From NCBI GenBank assembly GCA_028023455.1, contig JAQFVV010000005.1, positions 11,904,001 through 11,968,000 of the forward strand: a stretch of 64,000 bases of DNA, written 5' to 3'. The notes under the pieces were generated by a model that saw only the letters and a list, made by a program, of their open reading frames with translations, ran no database searches and had not been told where the DNA came from. The stretch comes from Epiperipatus broadwayi (Eukaryota; Animalia; Onychophora). Shown here in pieces: positions 36,735-49,099 of this stretch. Both the position numbers and the translations under genes were made by a program. Numbering within the stretch: the first letter of the stretch is position 1; the number at the start of each line of letters is the position of its first letter.

Positions 36735-37892
36735 ATGATTATAAATCTGCTGGGAAAAATGTTAAAAATGGAAAGAACACATACAAGAGAACAACTTTTC
36801 CAATGTCACTTGTGTGATTATAAAACTGCTGTAAAATATAGTTTAAAAATCCATAGCTGTAGACATAAAGGAGAGAAACCTTTTCATTGCAGCTGGTGTG
36901 ATTACAAGGCAGCTGAAAAATACAAGTTAAAACTCCATGAAAGAACACACACAGGGGAAAAACATTTTTACTGTACTTCATGTGATTATAAAGCTGCTGT
37001 GAAAAGTAGTTTAAGAATTCATAAAAGTACACATACAGAAGACAAACCTTTTGCATGTAACTTATGTGATTATAAGGCTGCTGTAAAATCTAGATTAAAA
37101 ATTCATAGGAAAACACATACAGGAGAGAAACCTTTCCATTGTAAATGGTGTGATTATAAAGCTGCTGCAAAAAATAGACTGAACATACATGAAAGATCAC
37201 ATACAGGAGAAAAACCTTTCCACTGCAATTTCTGTGATTATAGGACCACTGTGAAAAATAGATTAAAAATTCATGAAACTATACATACAGGAGAAAAACC
37301 CTTTGTTTGTAACTTATGTAATTATAAAGCTGCTGTAAAAAGTGATTTAACATTGCATGTACGAAAACATACTGGAGAAAAACCATTCCATTGTTATTAC
37401 TGTGAATATAAGACTGCTGTTAAAAATAGATTAAACCTTCATGAAAGAACACATAAAGGAGACACACCTTTTCATTGCACCATATGTAATTATAAGACTG
37501 CTGTAAAATGTCGTTTAAAAACACATGAGAAATCACATACAAAAAAACGATTCCAATGCAATTTATGTGAATACAAGACTGCTGATAAAAAAAAATTTAT
37601 AAAACATGGAAGGTCACATATAAAAAATCCAAATTTTTCCTGCACTTTATGCCATTGCAAAGTATTTTCGGAAAGTACTATGATGAAATATAAAAAATGT
37701 TCTCACATGATACATTCTCCCGTGTTTTATCAAAATAAACAAGAAAATTACACACAGGAATGTTACAATACTGAAATGTTCAAATGTCATTTGTGTGATT
37801 ATAAAGACATAGAGAAATATGTTGTTGAAAATCATGAAGCTAGTCATTTCAGTGATCACGACACTGTTAAGATTCTTTTTAGATTCAAGTAA
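36735..37892 (+). CDS. Tandem C2H2 zinc-finger protein, paralog of gene 1 (385 aa ORF; 10 consecutive fingers, 1 degenerate, 1 C-terminal); true start uncertain
   Basis: Open array with TGEKPF-type linkers; C-terminus nearly identical to gene 1. May be N-terminally truncated or a young pseudogene. Confidence 0.83.
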   Translation: MIINLLGKMLKMERTHTREQLFQCHLCDYKTAVKYSLKIHSCRHKGEKPFHCSWCDYKAAEKYKLKLHERTHTGEKHFYCTSCDYKAAVKSSLRIHKSTHTEDKPFACNLCDYKAAVKSRLKIHRKTHTGEKPFHCKWCDYKAAAKNRLNIHERSHTGEKPFHCNFCDYRTTVKNRLKIHETIHTGEKPFVCNLCNYKAAVKSDLTLHVRKHTGEKPFHCYYCEYKTAVKNRLNLHERTHKGDTPFHCTICNYKTAVKCRLKTHEKSHTKKRFQCNLCEYKTADKKKFIKHGRSHIKNPNFSCTLCHCKVFSESTMMKYKKCSHMIHSPVFYQNKQENYTQECYNTEMFKCHLCDYKDIEKYVVENHEASHFSDHDTVKILFRFK

Positions 37893-40289
37893 CAATTTAA
37901 ATTTTAGTTTTAAAAAAAATTAAAATTTGTAAGACATTTAGTCAGGGAAAACATATTTAAAAAGAATAGAGAAATGATTTCTAAGTTCAATTTAGAATCA
38001 ACTTTCGGATAAATTGTTAAAAGTGATAAAACTGAAACGAGACACAATCAGGACATCTGAAAATATTTATTGCTAATTTTTTAAAATTTATACCATTTAA
38101 TGTAAGGGATAAGTAAAAGTTGTTTTTTTTACTTTGCAGAAATAAGTCTTTTCCTATTTTAATTTTTTAATCCTTATTAACATTTTGATGCATATGGTAA
38201 TTAAGATACCATGTATTAAAAATTAGAACAGATATTGATAAATTATAATAATACATACTAGAATTTCTTTAATTGTTATTATTTGTAAGAACCGAACATT
38301 AACATTTGTGTTCTAAAAAATAGTTTTTATTAAAATAATTATCCTTATTGAAAAATATATTGTGATGGTGCTTCAGATTTAGGCCATGATATATAGTTTA
38401 GATATCATGCATAAGAAAAGAAAACAATTTTTAATATATATTTACACAAAGATAGTTATAAATAAATCATTCCATGATAGTAATTGTAAAAATATTGGAA
38501 CAAGTTTTGGAAGAAATATTGAGAAAACACAAATCAAATAATCCCATTTAAAAATTAATTTTTAATGAAGAATATTTCATGTTAGTGAAACTCATTAAAT
38601 ATTCACAAAACATTAAAATATTTATTTTTCCAGCTGATGGTTTAAAAGATATTGCATGATTAGTTGTTTGAGACATCATGATAGTGAAGTATCAAAGTGG
38701 CAGCTGGAATTTTGAATCAGGAACTTCTAGTTCTCAAACCTATTAGCTTATCACTATGTTACATTTATATAAGATACTTAGGCCTATAAGAAATGATCTG
38801 TTTAGTCATTAGTTTATTTTTCATCAATGTTTATAATTTGCATAGCAGATAATGAAAATGGAAATTAAAACTATAGTAATAAATGATTTTAAAGATTTAA
38901 TAGAATTATTCAAAAATTGATGAAATTTATTTCAACATATTTGAGCAGATCTTATTAAATATTGTCAGTAATCCAGATTCAATAAAAATCTACAACATGA
39001 ACTCTCAAATTTTATTTAATATTTAAAGAGTTTAGATAGTATATATCTCATATTTTCTAATGAGGAATAAATTTTTCAGCAATATTTTGTAGGACCAAAC
39101 AGATTGCTTTTAATGCTTCTGCTCAGAATATTTTTTGTTGCTACCAATTATATACAACTGAAACCATAAAGTCTTATTCTGATTTGATAGCAGTCACAAA
39201 CAAGAAGAAAATATATTTAATACTTTATAAATGGCAGTGCTGTTCAGATTTGTTAATACAACTTTTTAGTAATTACTTTCTGGGACTCTTATAGTGAACA
39301 AACAATTGTATATATTTATTCAAAAATGGGAGTTTTTAAATGTTGATAAATACAGTAACCAAAACATTTCAATGATTATAGGCCTTTAAAGAATGAATAT
39401 TTTCAACTATAATTGGTAAAACTTTAAAAACTGTTTCTTTTTGCCCATCCTGTGGAAAATGGATCAGTCCTAAATTGTATATTAAACCTCAATGTGTTGT
39501 GTGGTATTCTTTTGCCATAATCAATAAGACAATGCTCAGAAAGATATTAAAAGAATAAACAATTGAATTGGATGTATGCCTCATAATATGTGGCAGTCAT
39601 ATCAAAAATCTTTAAAATATGGTAACTTTCCCCCCTTATTTTATATAGTTTTCAAGATAGTATAACACATGTGAGTCTTTTCTAATAGTGTGATATAAAA
39701 ATGTTTTGTCCTTAAATGAAGTTAGAAGTCTCATTGTATAGCCTTTGTATTCAGAAATTTTACCAGCAGTAATTTTGAAATATCCCTGAAGTTATCTAGT
39801 AAATTTTACAATTTACTAATATATCTTTCTGGTTAAGTTGTGAAATAAAATGAAAAATCAATCTCATAAATGATAGAAATAGAAGGCAAGCTGAAGTTTC
39901 TACTTAAATTTTTTTGTTAGATCTATTTCAACACAATATTAGAGACATTTTGAAAAGTTAAATAAGAAATATGTATATATATTTTTTTATTGTACTGGGC
40001 TGTATTTTATTTTTATTTATTGAAACTTCTTATTTTACCAAAATATATAAATATTGATTTACTTTGAAATTAAAATATTTCTTGATATATAAATAATAAA
40101 TAATTGTAAAACTTTTTTTTTTAATTTCAAAAAAAAAAAAATGTTACTAAAAGTTAGTTTTGTTAAACTTTCTAAAATCTTTTGTTTGTATAAAATGTGA
40201 CTCCTTGGTTTTTACTAATAATATGTACATATATGTATATAAATAAAATGTCCATTAATTAAAAAAATATAAAAATAATAAATATAACT

Positions 40290-41075
40290 AATTAACTATT
40301 ACATACAGTCTCAATCTGCTGAAGTACTTTCAGTTAATTCCTTAGCCCTGCTCAACTGCCATTAAAAAAAAACAACAGAAGCAAACATCATCAATTCAAA
40401 TCCCATGAATCCCAAATTTTAATGTTAGCAGTTTGTCTAATAATTATATGTATTTTATTTTTATTTATTAAAATTGCCTCCTTAGTTTTTTTTTGATTAT
40501 GGTTTTTCTCTTTATGAAAAATCTTATCACTTCCAAAATCAAACTTAAATTTATATTTACATGTTCTATCATGGTTTAAGAAAACTGAAGCAGTCATTAA
40601 ATCCTTATTATTTTTACTTTGCACATGCTTGCATAAAAATTCATGCTGCACTTTGATTCATTATATATGACATCAATTTTTTTGTGGATATATGTTATCA
40701 TATATAGGTGAATTGAAGTGCAATATTGAGAAAAGTAAAAATAATAATGATTTAATGCCTTCTTCAGTTTTCTTGGATCATGAAAAGACATACATGTAAT
40801 TATAAATTTAAGTTTCATCTTGAAAGTGCTAAGATTCTTCATGAAGAAAGAAGCCATAATAAAAGAAAAATTAAGGAGGCAATTTTAATAAATGGAAATA
40901 AAATGAATATAATTAATAGATAAGCTGCTAACATTAAAATTTGGGATTCATAGGGTTTGAGTTGATGGCATTTGCTTCCATTGTGTTTTTTGAATTTAAT
41001 GGCAGTTAAGGAGGATTAAGGAATTAACTAAAAGTACTTCTGTGAATTTAAAGACTGTATATAATAGTTGATTAT
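40290..41075. mobile_element. Penelope-like element 3' fragment in inverted duplication (GIY-YIG endonuclease C-terminal half + 3' UTR)
   Basis: Arms ~40290-40624 / ~40718-41075. The + arm translates (40798-40920) as NYKFKFHLESAKILHEERSHNKRKIKEAILINGNKMNIINR and the - arm as KFKFDFGSDKIFHKEKNHNQKKTKEAILINKNK. Both match the F..vkIL..E.n..kR.ikEai.I pattern of PLE GIY-YIG domains. Confidence 0.82.
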
Positions 41076-41095
41076 TGTTATTACAATATATGTAT

Positions 41096-41643
41096 TAGAT
41101 GAAATACACAGGCTTATATATACCTGTGTCTATATATGTAATAGACAGGGTATGAGCACAGACTTTCACATGACCCACCACTCTTCACACTATCTCATAA
41201 CACTGATACACCTGAACACACAAATGTCGAAAAGATAAATAATCACCAATACACGTATTTCATGCTAAACCAGCAATCATCAGTTGGTCCAGATTACCAT
41301 CTCTACACATATATGCTACAAGTGCTCAGATATATATTAAGATAGCAAATCCTCCTACTTTAATGGACAGGCTTCAATGCACTCCACACTCCAACTCTTC
41401 AACCGTCCATCCAATTGAAAATCTGATGATGGAATGCTCAAAGGCCACCCTTAGGCCGAGATTGTTGTCACACCCATGTTGACCTAAAGGTCAATCTGAC
41501 CCCTCATGATTGCTGGTTTAGCATGAAATACGTATATTGGTGATTATTTATCTTTTCAACATATGTGTGTTCCGGTGTATCAGTGTTATGAGATAGTGTG
41601 AAGAGTGGTGGGTCATGTGAAAGTCTGTGCTCATACCCTGTCT
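41096..41643. mobile_element. Family A asymmetric fold-back insertion
   Basis: Long antisense arm 41143-~41500, short sense arm ~41503-41643. 47-nt left tail with hairpin ACACAGG-N10-CCTGTGT. 11-bp TSD AATATATGTAT (41085-41095, 41644-41654). Confidence 0.92.
41245..41288 (-). ncRNA. Minimal type I hammerhead ribozyme (family A)
   Basis: Reverse complement: ACCAA-CTGATGA-TTGCT(ggttt)AGCAT-GAAA-TACGT-GTA^TTGGT. The opposite arm keeps the perfect palindrome ATACGTAT. Confidence 0.68.
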
Positions 41644-42959
41644 AATATATGTATGTATATATTTTATTTAGCAAATGGGGCAAATTTTTGAACAATTTGT
41701 AATGTCTGTGTGATTTCAAATAAGGAAAAAATAGTTTCACTTCATTCTAAAGAACATTTCAGGTAGTATTTGATCTATTTTTTCATGAAAAAAAAAATAG
41801 TCAAACTTAAGATATATCTATATCAAAATATTACCTACAGTATGTTTCTGGAGAAGGCTAATTAACATCCTATCATTAAGATGGTCAACTATTGATGATT
41901 AACTTTTTGTTTCAACCTCTAGATAAGAATAACTAGGACTATTTTATTGACCAATATGTGGTTGGCTAGCTGAATTTCCATAGGTCAAATATCTAAAAAA
42001 AAAAGACTTTTGAAATCTGAATTTGAACCTAAATCATGGCAATAGCATGGAGATTAGCCATTAAACTAGAAAGCTTTGTATGATATAATATGAAAGTACA
42101 TATTAAAATATTTTATTTTTTAGTAACTTTGTAAAACTCAAAAATGATTAATAAAATATTTTCATGAGTTTCATGGATTTATGTTTTTTTAATAAATATA
42201 TTTATAGTTAGGATTATTTGTAAAATTTTAATTGATTGAATTTGCTAAATATTGAATAAATGATAGACTCAATAAGATTTTGTAAGAATTATCAATTTAA
42301 ACATCCCATGAAGAGTCTGTGAATGTCAAAAATTCAGATTTAGCCAATATGCTATTGATAAACTTTGTAAAGAGATAGAAGTACCTTTATCCAGCCATAA
42401 AACTAATGGCTGAAAAATGAAGGAGGTGGCAAATTCTTTAATATATGAATTTTTTTTCCCAATACAATTATTCGCAATCATTTATAAAATAATCCAGAAA
42501 AATTCACTTCAGAATATTGATTGACTTGCAGTTTTATTCAATTTGAATTTATCATTATATGCATAAAATGAGAAATTTATATACCACAATGTCATTATCC
42601 AATTAATGTTTCTATTGCCTAATGCTTACTACATGAAAATGTTTGTTTTTTAAAGCATCTCAATATGAACATGCTCTATTTTCTACAAAAATTTGTCAAT
42701 GTTTCACATCCTTCATTTCTTATTTGTTATCAATGATCATAAAATCTTACCATATCTTTAAATTCTAAAACCCTCCCTATTATCACTATAGAAAATTTTT
42801 ATATTCATTGTAATTTACTTTTTCAATTTTTTTTATAAAAATCATTCTTTACCATACACCTCTAAAAATATTCCATATATTAGAGCAATTTTCAGCTTTA
42901 GAATCAATACTCAAAACAATGATAATTAAAATTCCAAAACACAAGACCTCACTGCAAAA

Positions 42960-43700
42960 AAATATTTAGCAACTTTTAGATTATATGGTTATCAATTTTT
43001 GAATGTCAATCAGTTTAAGTACCTTGATAGATTTATAAGTAGAAAAGTGGACCTAGAGGTTATGGTACAACACAGATTCTTTTGTGTTGCTGTTGCCTTT
43101 AATAAATTAACAGGTAGAGTGTATTATCAAGGAAAGAGCTTTTATTTAATTTATTGCATGGAAATGAGACTTGACACCTTATTGATGCAATATAAAAGTA
43201 TTAGGGAAGTTTCATTTAAAAATTCTTTGTAAAATTTTAAAAATATAATGGCATGATCATAAATGTAATCTATGTTCTTTGATTTGTTGCATCTGATACT
43301 ATACAGTGCATTTTTGTAAAATCAGACTTGTTGAATCGCACATGTAAAATAAATGAACATTGCAAGACATTCTATATGATGAACTTGAATATGGTTTCTT
43401 TGGGGAAGTTGATCCCGATTCCATTATAAGGATTCTCTTGAAAACCTTCTAAAGAAGTGTAATGTCAATTATTTCCATTGGGAAAATATGGCAGAAAAGA
43501 GCATACATTGGAATGTTCTACTAAGAGATTGTGTTGATGTATTTCAGAAAAGTTTTCTGCTGAAGAAATTAAAAGTCAATGTTGTAAACTATGAAATAAA
43601 CGGAAAAATGGAACAGTATGCTCTATATGTGGACATAGTTGGGTTTGCAGATTGGTTTATAGAATCATCACCAAAACTCATTTTTGGAGCACTTTTTTCT
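42960..43700 (+). mobile_element. Decayed RTE LINE 3' fragment
   Basis: ORF pieces NVNQFKYLDRFISRKVDLEVMVQHRF...AFNKLTGRVY and MAEKSIHWNVLLRDCVDVFQ resemble the RTE post-RT and C-terminal region. Confidence 0.7.
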
Positions 43701-45319
43701 TAGTGTTGGACTGGCCATACTCATTTATGATGGCGGCTTATATTACTAAAAAAAATGCAGTTGTCCTAAGTATATTTCATTACATTACTTTTATGAGCTT
43801 AATAAACTTCATTTTATTAGTTACAATCCATTCATCTTATTTCATATAGACCTACAATATTAATCTTTTTTGTAAAATTAATTCCTCTTATTTTAAATTT
43901 TTTATCATAGCTTTGCCATTTCATGAACTTAATTTTAATAATATATTTTTAATCTAAAATCTTTGGAACTGAATTGTAAACTGGATTGTTATGCTTAATC
44001 TTCTGCCAAGCAATATGCTGTTTGATTTCCCTCACACATATAATTGCATTTTATGTAATGTTGCATCAGTAAAAAAAAAAGAAAAAAATCTACTTACAGA
44101 TTTAATTACTAAGCAACAACTGATATATACTTACTTAATATAGTTAATTGTAAAAATTAAGATTAAATATATATATTGAAAATGTGTACATACAATGAAA
44201 TTTGTTTTATTTGATAAAAAAAATTGGTAATGAAAAATTAATATATTAAACTTACAATTATCTTTAATGTTCATCTAATTAAAATCAATTTAGTAATTTT
44301 TTAATCGAATATAGAGATGGAGAAAAATAAAATCATAAAAATGTATCTAATTGTTGTTAATTAATTATTACAAAAGTAAGCTTTATACTGATTAGACAAC
44401 TACCTTAAAATATTTTTTTATAAATTATTTTGTTCTCAAAATGAAAAAGTATTTCCTATTGTTTTCAAAAAGTAAGAATTGAGAGATTGCAAACTCGTTC
44501 CTCTAATAAGTTATAGTGAGTCTATCATTTCTGCTAGATTTGGTTTCAAGGCCTTTTGCAAATAATAGATATGTGAATAATAATGAACACTATGTAAAAG
44601 CATTTAGAACACACATCTACAGTAACTCAATGAATTTGTTTAAATATACTTATATGTTTTAATTTAAAAATTAGTATAGTAGCAAATATTGTTTTCTTTC
44701 TCTAAATAATTGTTTTTTTAGGTATGTTGTATTTTTGGGATTTTAAATTAACTTTTCATCACCATTTTCCCAATTTTAATGAAATAATTAAAAAGAACAT
44801 TTAATTTAAAATGTTGCCAATATAATTTAAGATTTAAAACAAAAGTGCTAGAAATAATCTGTTAGTGTTTTTAAGTCATAAATTAGGCAGCATCTTTTTT
44901 CTCCACTTCAAGAAATGAGTGAGCAAATTAAATTATATCAAAGGTATATTATATTTTTAATGTGTTGCAATTAAGAAAAAAAGATATATTTGAGAACATT
45001 AATTATGTAATTATTGTGATATTAAAATTATATACATGCACATACTTTTTGAAAATAATACATTCATGATGATGATGGAGAAATGCAAAAAGTACAATAT
45101 CTAGGGGGTATTAATATTGATTTTCTGGACAAAGAAGGCAGTGGTAAAACACTTTGCCTTTTGATTTCTGTGGTTTTTTTTATTATTATAATTATGTTCA
45201 TAAGATTGATTCAGATTGGTGTTGAAACCTTAACTAAGGAAAGCTTGGTGTCTTGCTTAGCAGACGTAGATATAAGGCTACTCTGGTTATACATCTGCAA
45301 AATTCTCATAAAGATGAGT

Positions 45320-47420
45320 CTACTGAAAGAAGAAACATTAACTGTTGGTACTTGGAATGTAAGATCATCGGCAAATTCTGGGAAATTTGAAAAGAGAAAT
45401 GAAAAATAATGTTGGATGTTATAGGATTAAGTGAAGTGAGAGGATAATGAAAAGTAAATAGTGGGGATGTTATGTTATTTTATTCTGGTGATGATAGAGT
45501 GGGTAAATGGAGTTGGTATTGCTATTAGAAAGAAAATTTTGAATAGTGTGACAAAGATCGATTGTATTGATGATAGACTTATGATGACCAGAATAACTGC
45601 AATACCTAGAATTTGATATTCATACAAGTTTTATTCCAATTACCAATCATGATGTTGAAATTAATGAGCAATATGAAAAAATGAAATTCATCAACATGAG
45701 GGTTAAAATGTGTGTATATTGCTATTGGATGATTAGAATGCTGTTGTGGGGAAAGGTAAGGAAGGAAAAATTATTGGGAATTACGATATTGGAAAAAAAA
45801 AATGAAAGAGGTATTGTAAGGAAACTAAATTTGTAGTTGCAAGGTGGAAGTACAGAGAAGATGGAAGAATGTCAATACCAAAGAAGGGCAAATAATATAT
45901 AGAAAAACTGATAATGAACTAAGGAGAGACACGTTAAAGAAAAATGATTGGAGCAAGAATGTAGAGAGATAGAAGTACTTCATCAGTTGAAAAGATCTGG
46001 TATTTAATAGAATTAGAAATGGTTAACAAATGAGAGTTGATAAGACTAGAAAGACATTAACTGATCTAATAATGATATGTTGAAAAGATATGATGCAATT
46101 AATTATGAATTTGAAAGTAGATTATAAAGATATGAATGTATTGATAGATGAAATAAAATTATTAAAAATGGTAAATCTCTAATTTGATACAATACCTAGA
46201 ATTTTTGAAAGAAATAGGAGAAATTATTACAAAGGAAATAATTGGTCTATACAATTTGATATATAATAGTAGAGTGTGATCTAAAGATTTCTTGAGGACT
46301 ATAATGATTATAATTACTAAGAAAGCAGTTAAATGTAAAGAATAAAGGACAATTTTAACTCAAAGAATTTATAGAAAGATAGAATATAATAAAGAATAGT
46401 TTGGTTTTCAGAGAAGGAAAAGTACATGAGAAGCTATTGGTATTGTTAGAACAACTGTAGATAGATATATTGAAAAAGTTAAAGGAATTCGTACATGTTT
46501 TATGGATTTGGAAAAAAAAAAAACATTTGATAGAGTAATCTGGAATAAACTTATGTTAAAAATAAATGAATATTTTGGAAAGAGGAGATTGATTTGGAAT
46601 AACTATACTGGGCAATGAATAAGAATTAGATGAGAATAATGAGGTGAAATGAATATATAAAGAGAAGTGAAGCTGTATATCATCTGTTTCTTTTAATATT
46701 TATTAGAAGAGAGCTAATGTTGGAGATAGAATAATAAAATTTATATATTTTTTTATGATTTGCAGATGATATATGAATAGCTGAGGATGAAAACTGTCTT
46801 CAGAATAAGTTGAATAAATCAGAAACAATGTATGAAATGAAGATTAATATTGAAAAAACCAAGTTTTTATGGATAGAGGGGAATACAAAAAGACTAAGTT
46901 GAAATTCATGATAATATAGTTCAATAGGTAAACAGATTTAAATATTTGGGTAGTTGGTTAAGTGAGGATGGAAGAAGTTAAGATGCAGTTAAAAAAAGAA
47001 TATCTTTGGCAAAGGAGGCATTTATTAAGAGAAAGAAAATATTCTGTGGATCTTTGAAGAAAGAATTAAGGGAAATATTAATTAAATGCTATGTGTGGTG
47101 TATATTTGAGATGCCATGGAGAAGACTGTAAAAAATTAGTTGGATGAATAAAATGACAAATGAAGATTTGTAAAGAATGAATGAAAAAAGACGGTTTGAG
47201 TCAATTAGAAATAGACAAATTGGATTGAGCACATATTTAGAAGGAAGAATAGGTTAATGAAATTTGTTTTAGAGGGAATGGTGAATGGAAATAAAGAAAG
47301 GATGGAAAAGATCTTGCTGGTGTTATAAGAAGTGGGATGAAATGTGGAATTGAAAATCTAGGTAATGAGAGATTGAACTGGAGAAATGGATGAACTTGTG
47401 ATGTGACTGCTAGGTTAAAA
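45320..47420 (+). mobile_element. Decayed, internally deleted RTE-clade LINE (APE + RT)
   Basis: Motifs in order: TLTVGTWNVRS, LDVIGLSEVR, FMDLEK..FDRV.W, FADD, RFKYLGSWLSEDGRS. Confidence 0.8.
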
Positions 47421-49099
47421 TACTATTGATAAATTTGAAACCCACGCATTATACCACCAAGTGATTTTAATGTGAACTAAAAAAAAGTAATCTTATATTG
47501 AGACAAGGAATATGGTGATTTAATTGTGTAGTTCATTGCAATATAACTCACTATATTTTATATAAGTTCTAGCATTAATATGCTTTTTTTGGAATTTAAT
47601 ATAATTTGGTTATATAGAAATGTATTTTACTTAAAACTTCAAAGTTTAGAGATTGTTGATCTTATAAAGAATGATAATGGATGTACTACACTAAGTGAAT
47701 ATAATAAAGAGTCGCATAGATATGCATATTTTGTATAAGAATCTGCATGAAAGTATGTATACACTGAAGTCAGTGTGATTGGCATTATTTCTAGTTAAGT
47801 AAATTAACTCTGCCTTCAATGTTTGATCTCTCAGTTGAAAAATCTTCAAAAACATAGTTAAATCAAAAAAAATAATACTGCATTTGTTTATATAATGTTT
47901 TGTGAATTTAATTGCATTAAGAATATTATAAATAGTTCTATACTTTCTATCAGAATGAAGATTTGCTGTTAAGTGAAATAAAAGTCATTGATTCATCTTT
48001 AAGCTTAAAAAAAAAACAATGTAAATTCCTAATTCTTATTGTATCTAATATTACTAGGTAATTATTCATATAACAAGCAATAATTTAATATGTATCTAGC
48101 ACGGTGTTTATTGACTTTATCTCTGATTTTTATGACCGAGAAACACCATAGTCTTCTAATTTGCCATCTTTATAACTTGGCTTTATAGTTCATATAGACA
48201 TTATTCTAATGGCTTGTTCCCATAATCTTTGGTAGTTCCATTATGCATAGCTGGGAATTCAAACATCATCTGGATAGGTTGACTTTATTAGCCTTCAAAC
48301 TAGAGTTTTGAAATGAAGAGTAAAAAAAAAGAATTCATAATGGATTGGTTCAATATTTATCAATCCAGGTGTGGAAAGATAGGACAATCTCATATTAATC
48401 TTGACAATGGCTTTGCAATCAACAATGAGCTGCCTTCCACAATGTTCTCCTTGCATTTAGCACTGCATATTTACTTTTGTTATTACTTATATTTGTTTTC
48501 ATAGTTTAAGTTGTTTGGAGCAATGTCAATATTTCTTCTATGGCATGTTTTTATATTTAGGCCTGCAAATCAATGGTGGTTTTAGAGATTTGAATATTTT
48601 TTAAATTAATTTCCGAATTCTTTGTTTAGCTGTTTTATGAGCCAAATGTTTCTTCTCACTTTCTAAAATCCTTGTAAAAGATTTCCTTAAAAGTATTTCA
48701 ACTCTGAATTGATCCATACTGGCCTTCAAACTTTCCTTTCAGCTTCTTTGCATAGGTAATGGTAGATTTTTTCTACAGATAAAATAATTTTTTTACTTTC
48801 TTGAACAAAAAAAGCTCATTGTACTTATTATATTAAGCCAGTTCATCCTCATCTTTTTTACTTTATTGTTAATGTCATCTTTGTTACATATTAACATTAA
48901 CAACTTCTTAAAAAAAAAAGAAATATTTGATTTTTCTTTAATATTATATATATGTATTTTTTTTCTTGATAGCATTCACTCATCTGATCTATTGTATATT
49001 GTTCTTATGTGTTGATAATCATAATATTTGCAATTGTTAGTTGTCATATCTATTTGACTGACTTGGTTTAAACTTTGGTGGTTTGTCATTTTATGTGCC

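Larger units (their letters stand above)
33805..39490 (+). repeat. Segmental duplication unit 2, containing ZNF gene 2
   Basis: Colinear with ~9120-15780 apart from lineage-specific insertions. Confidence 0.85.

Noticed and set aside
48080-48780. Possible additional retroelement remnant on the - strand
   Set aside because: No diagnostic RT or endonuclease motif could be read.
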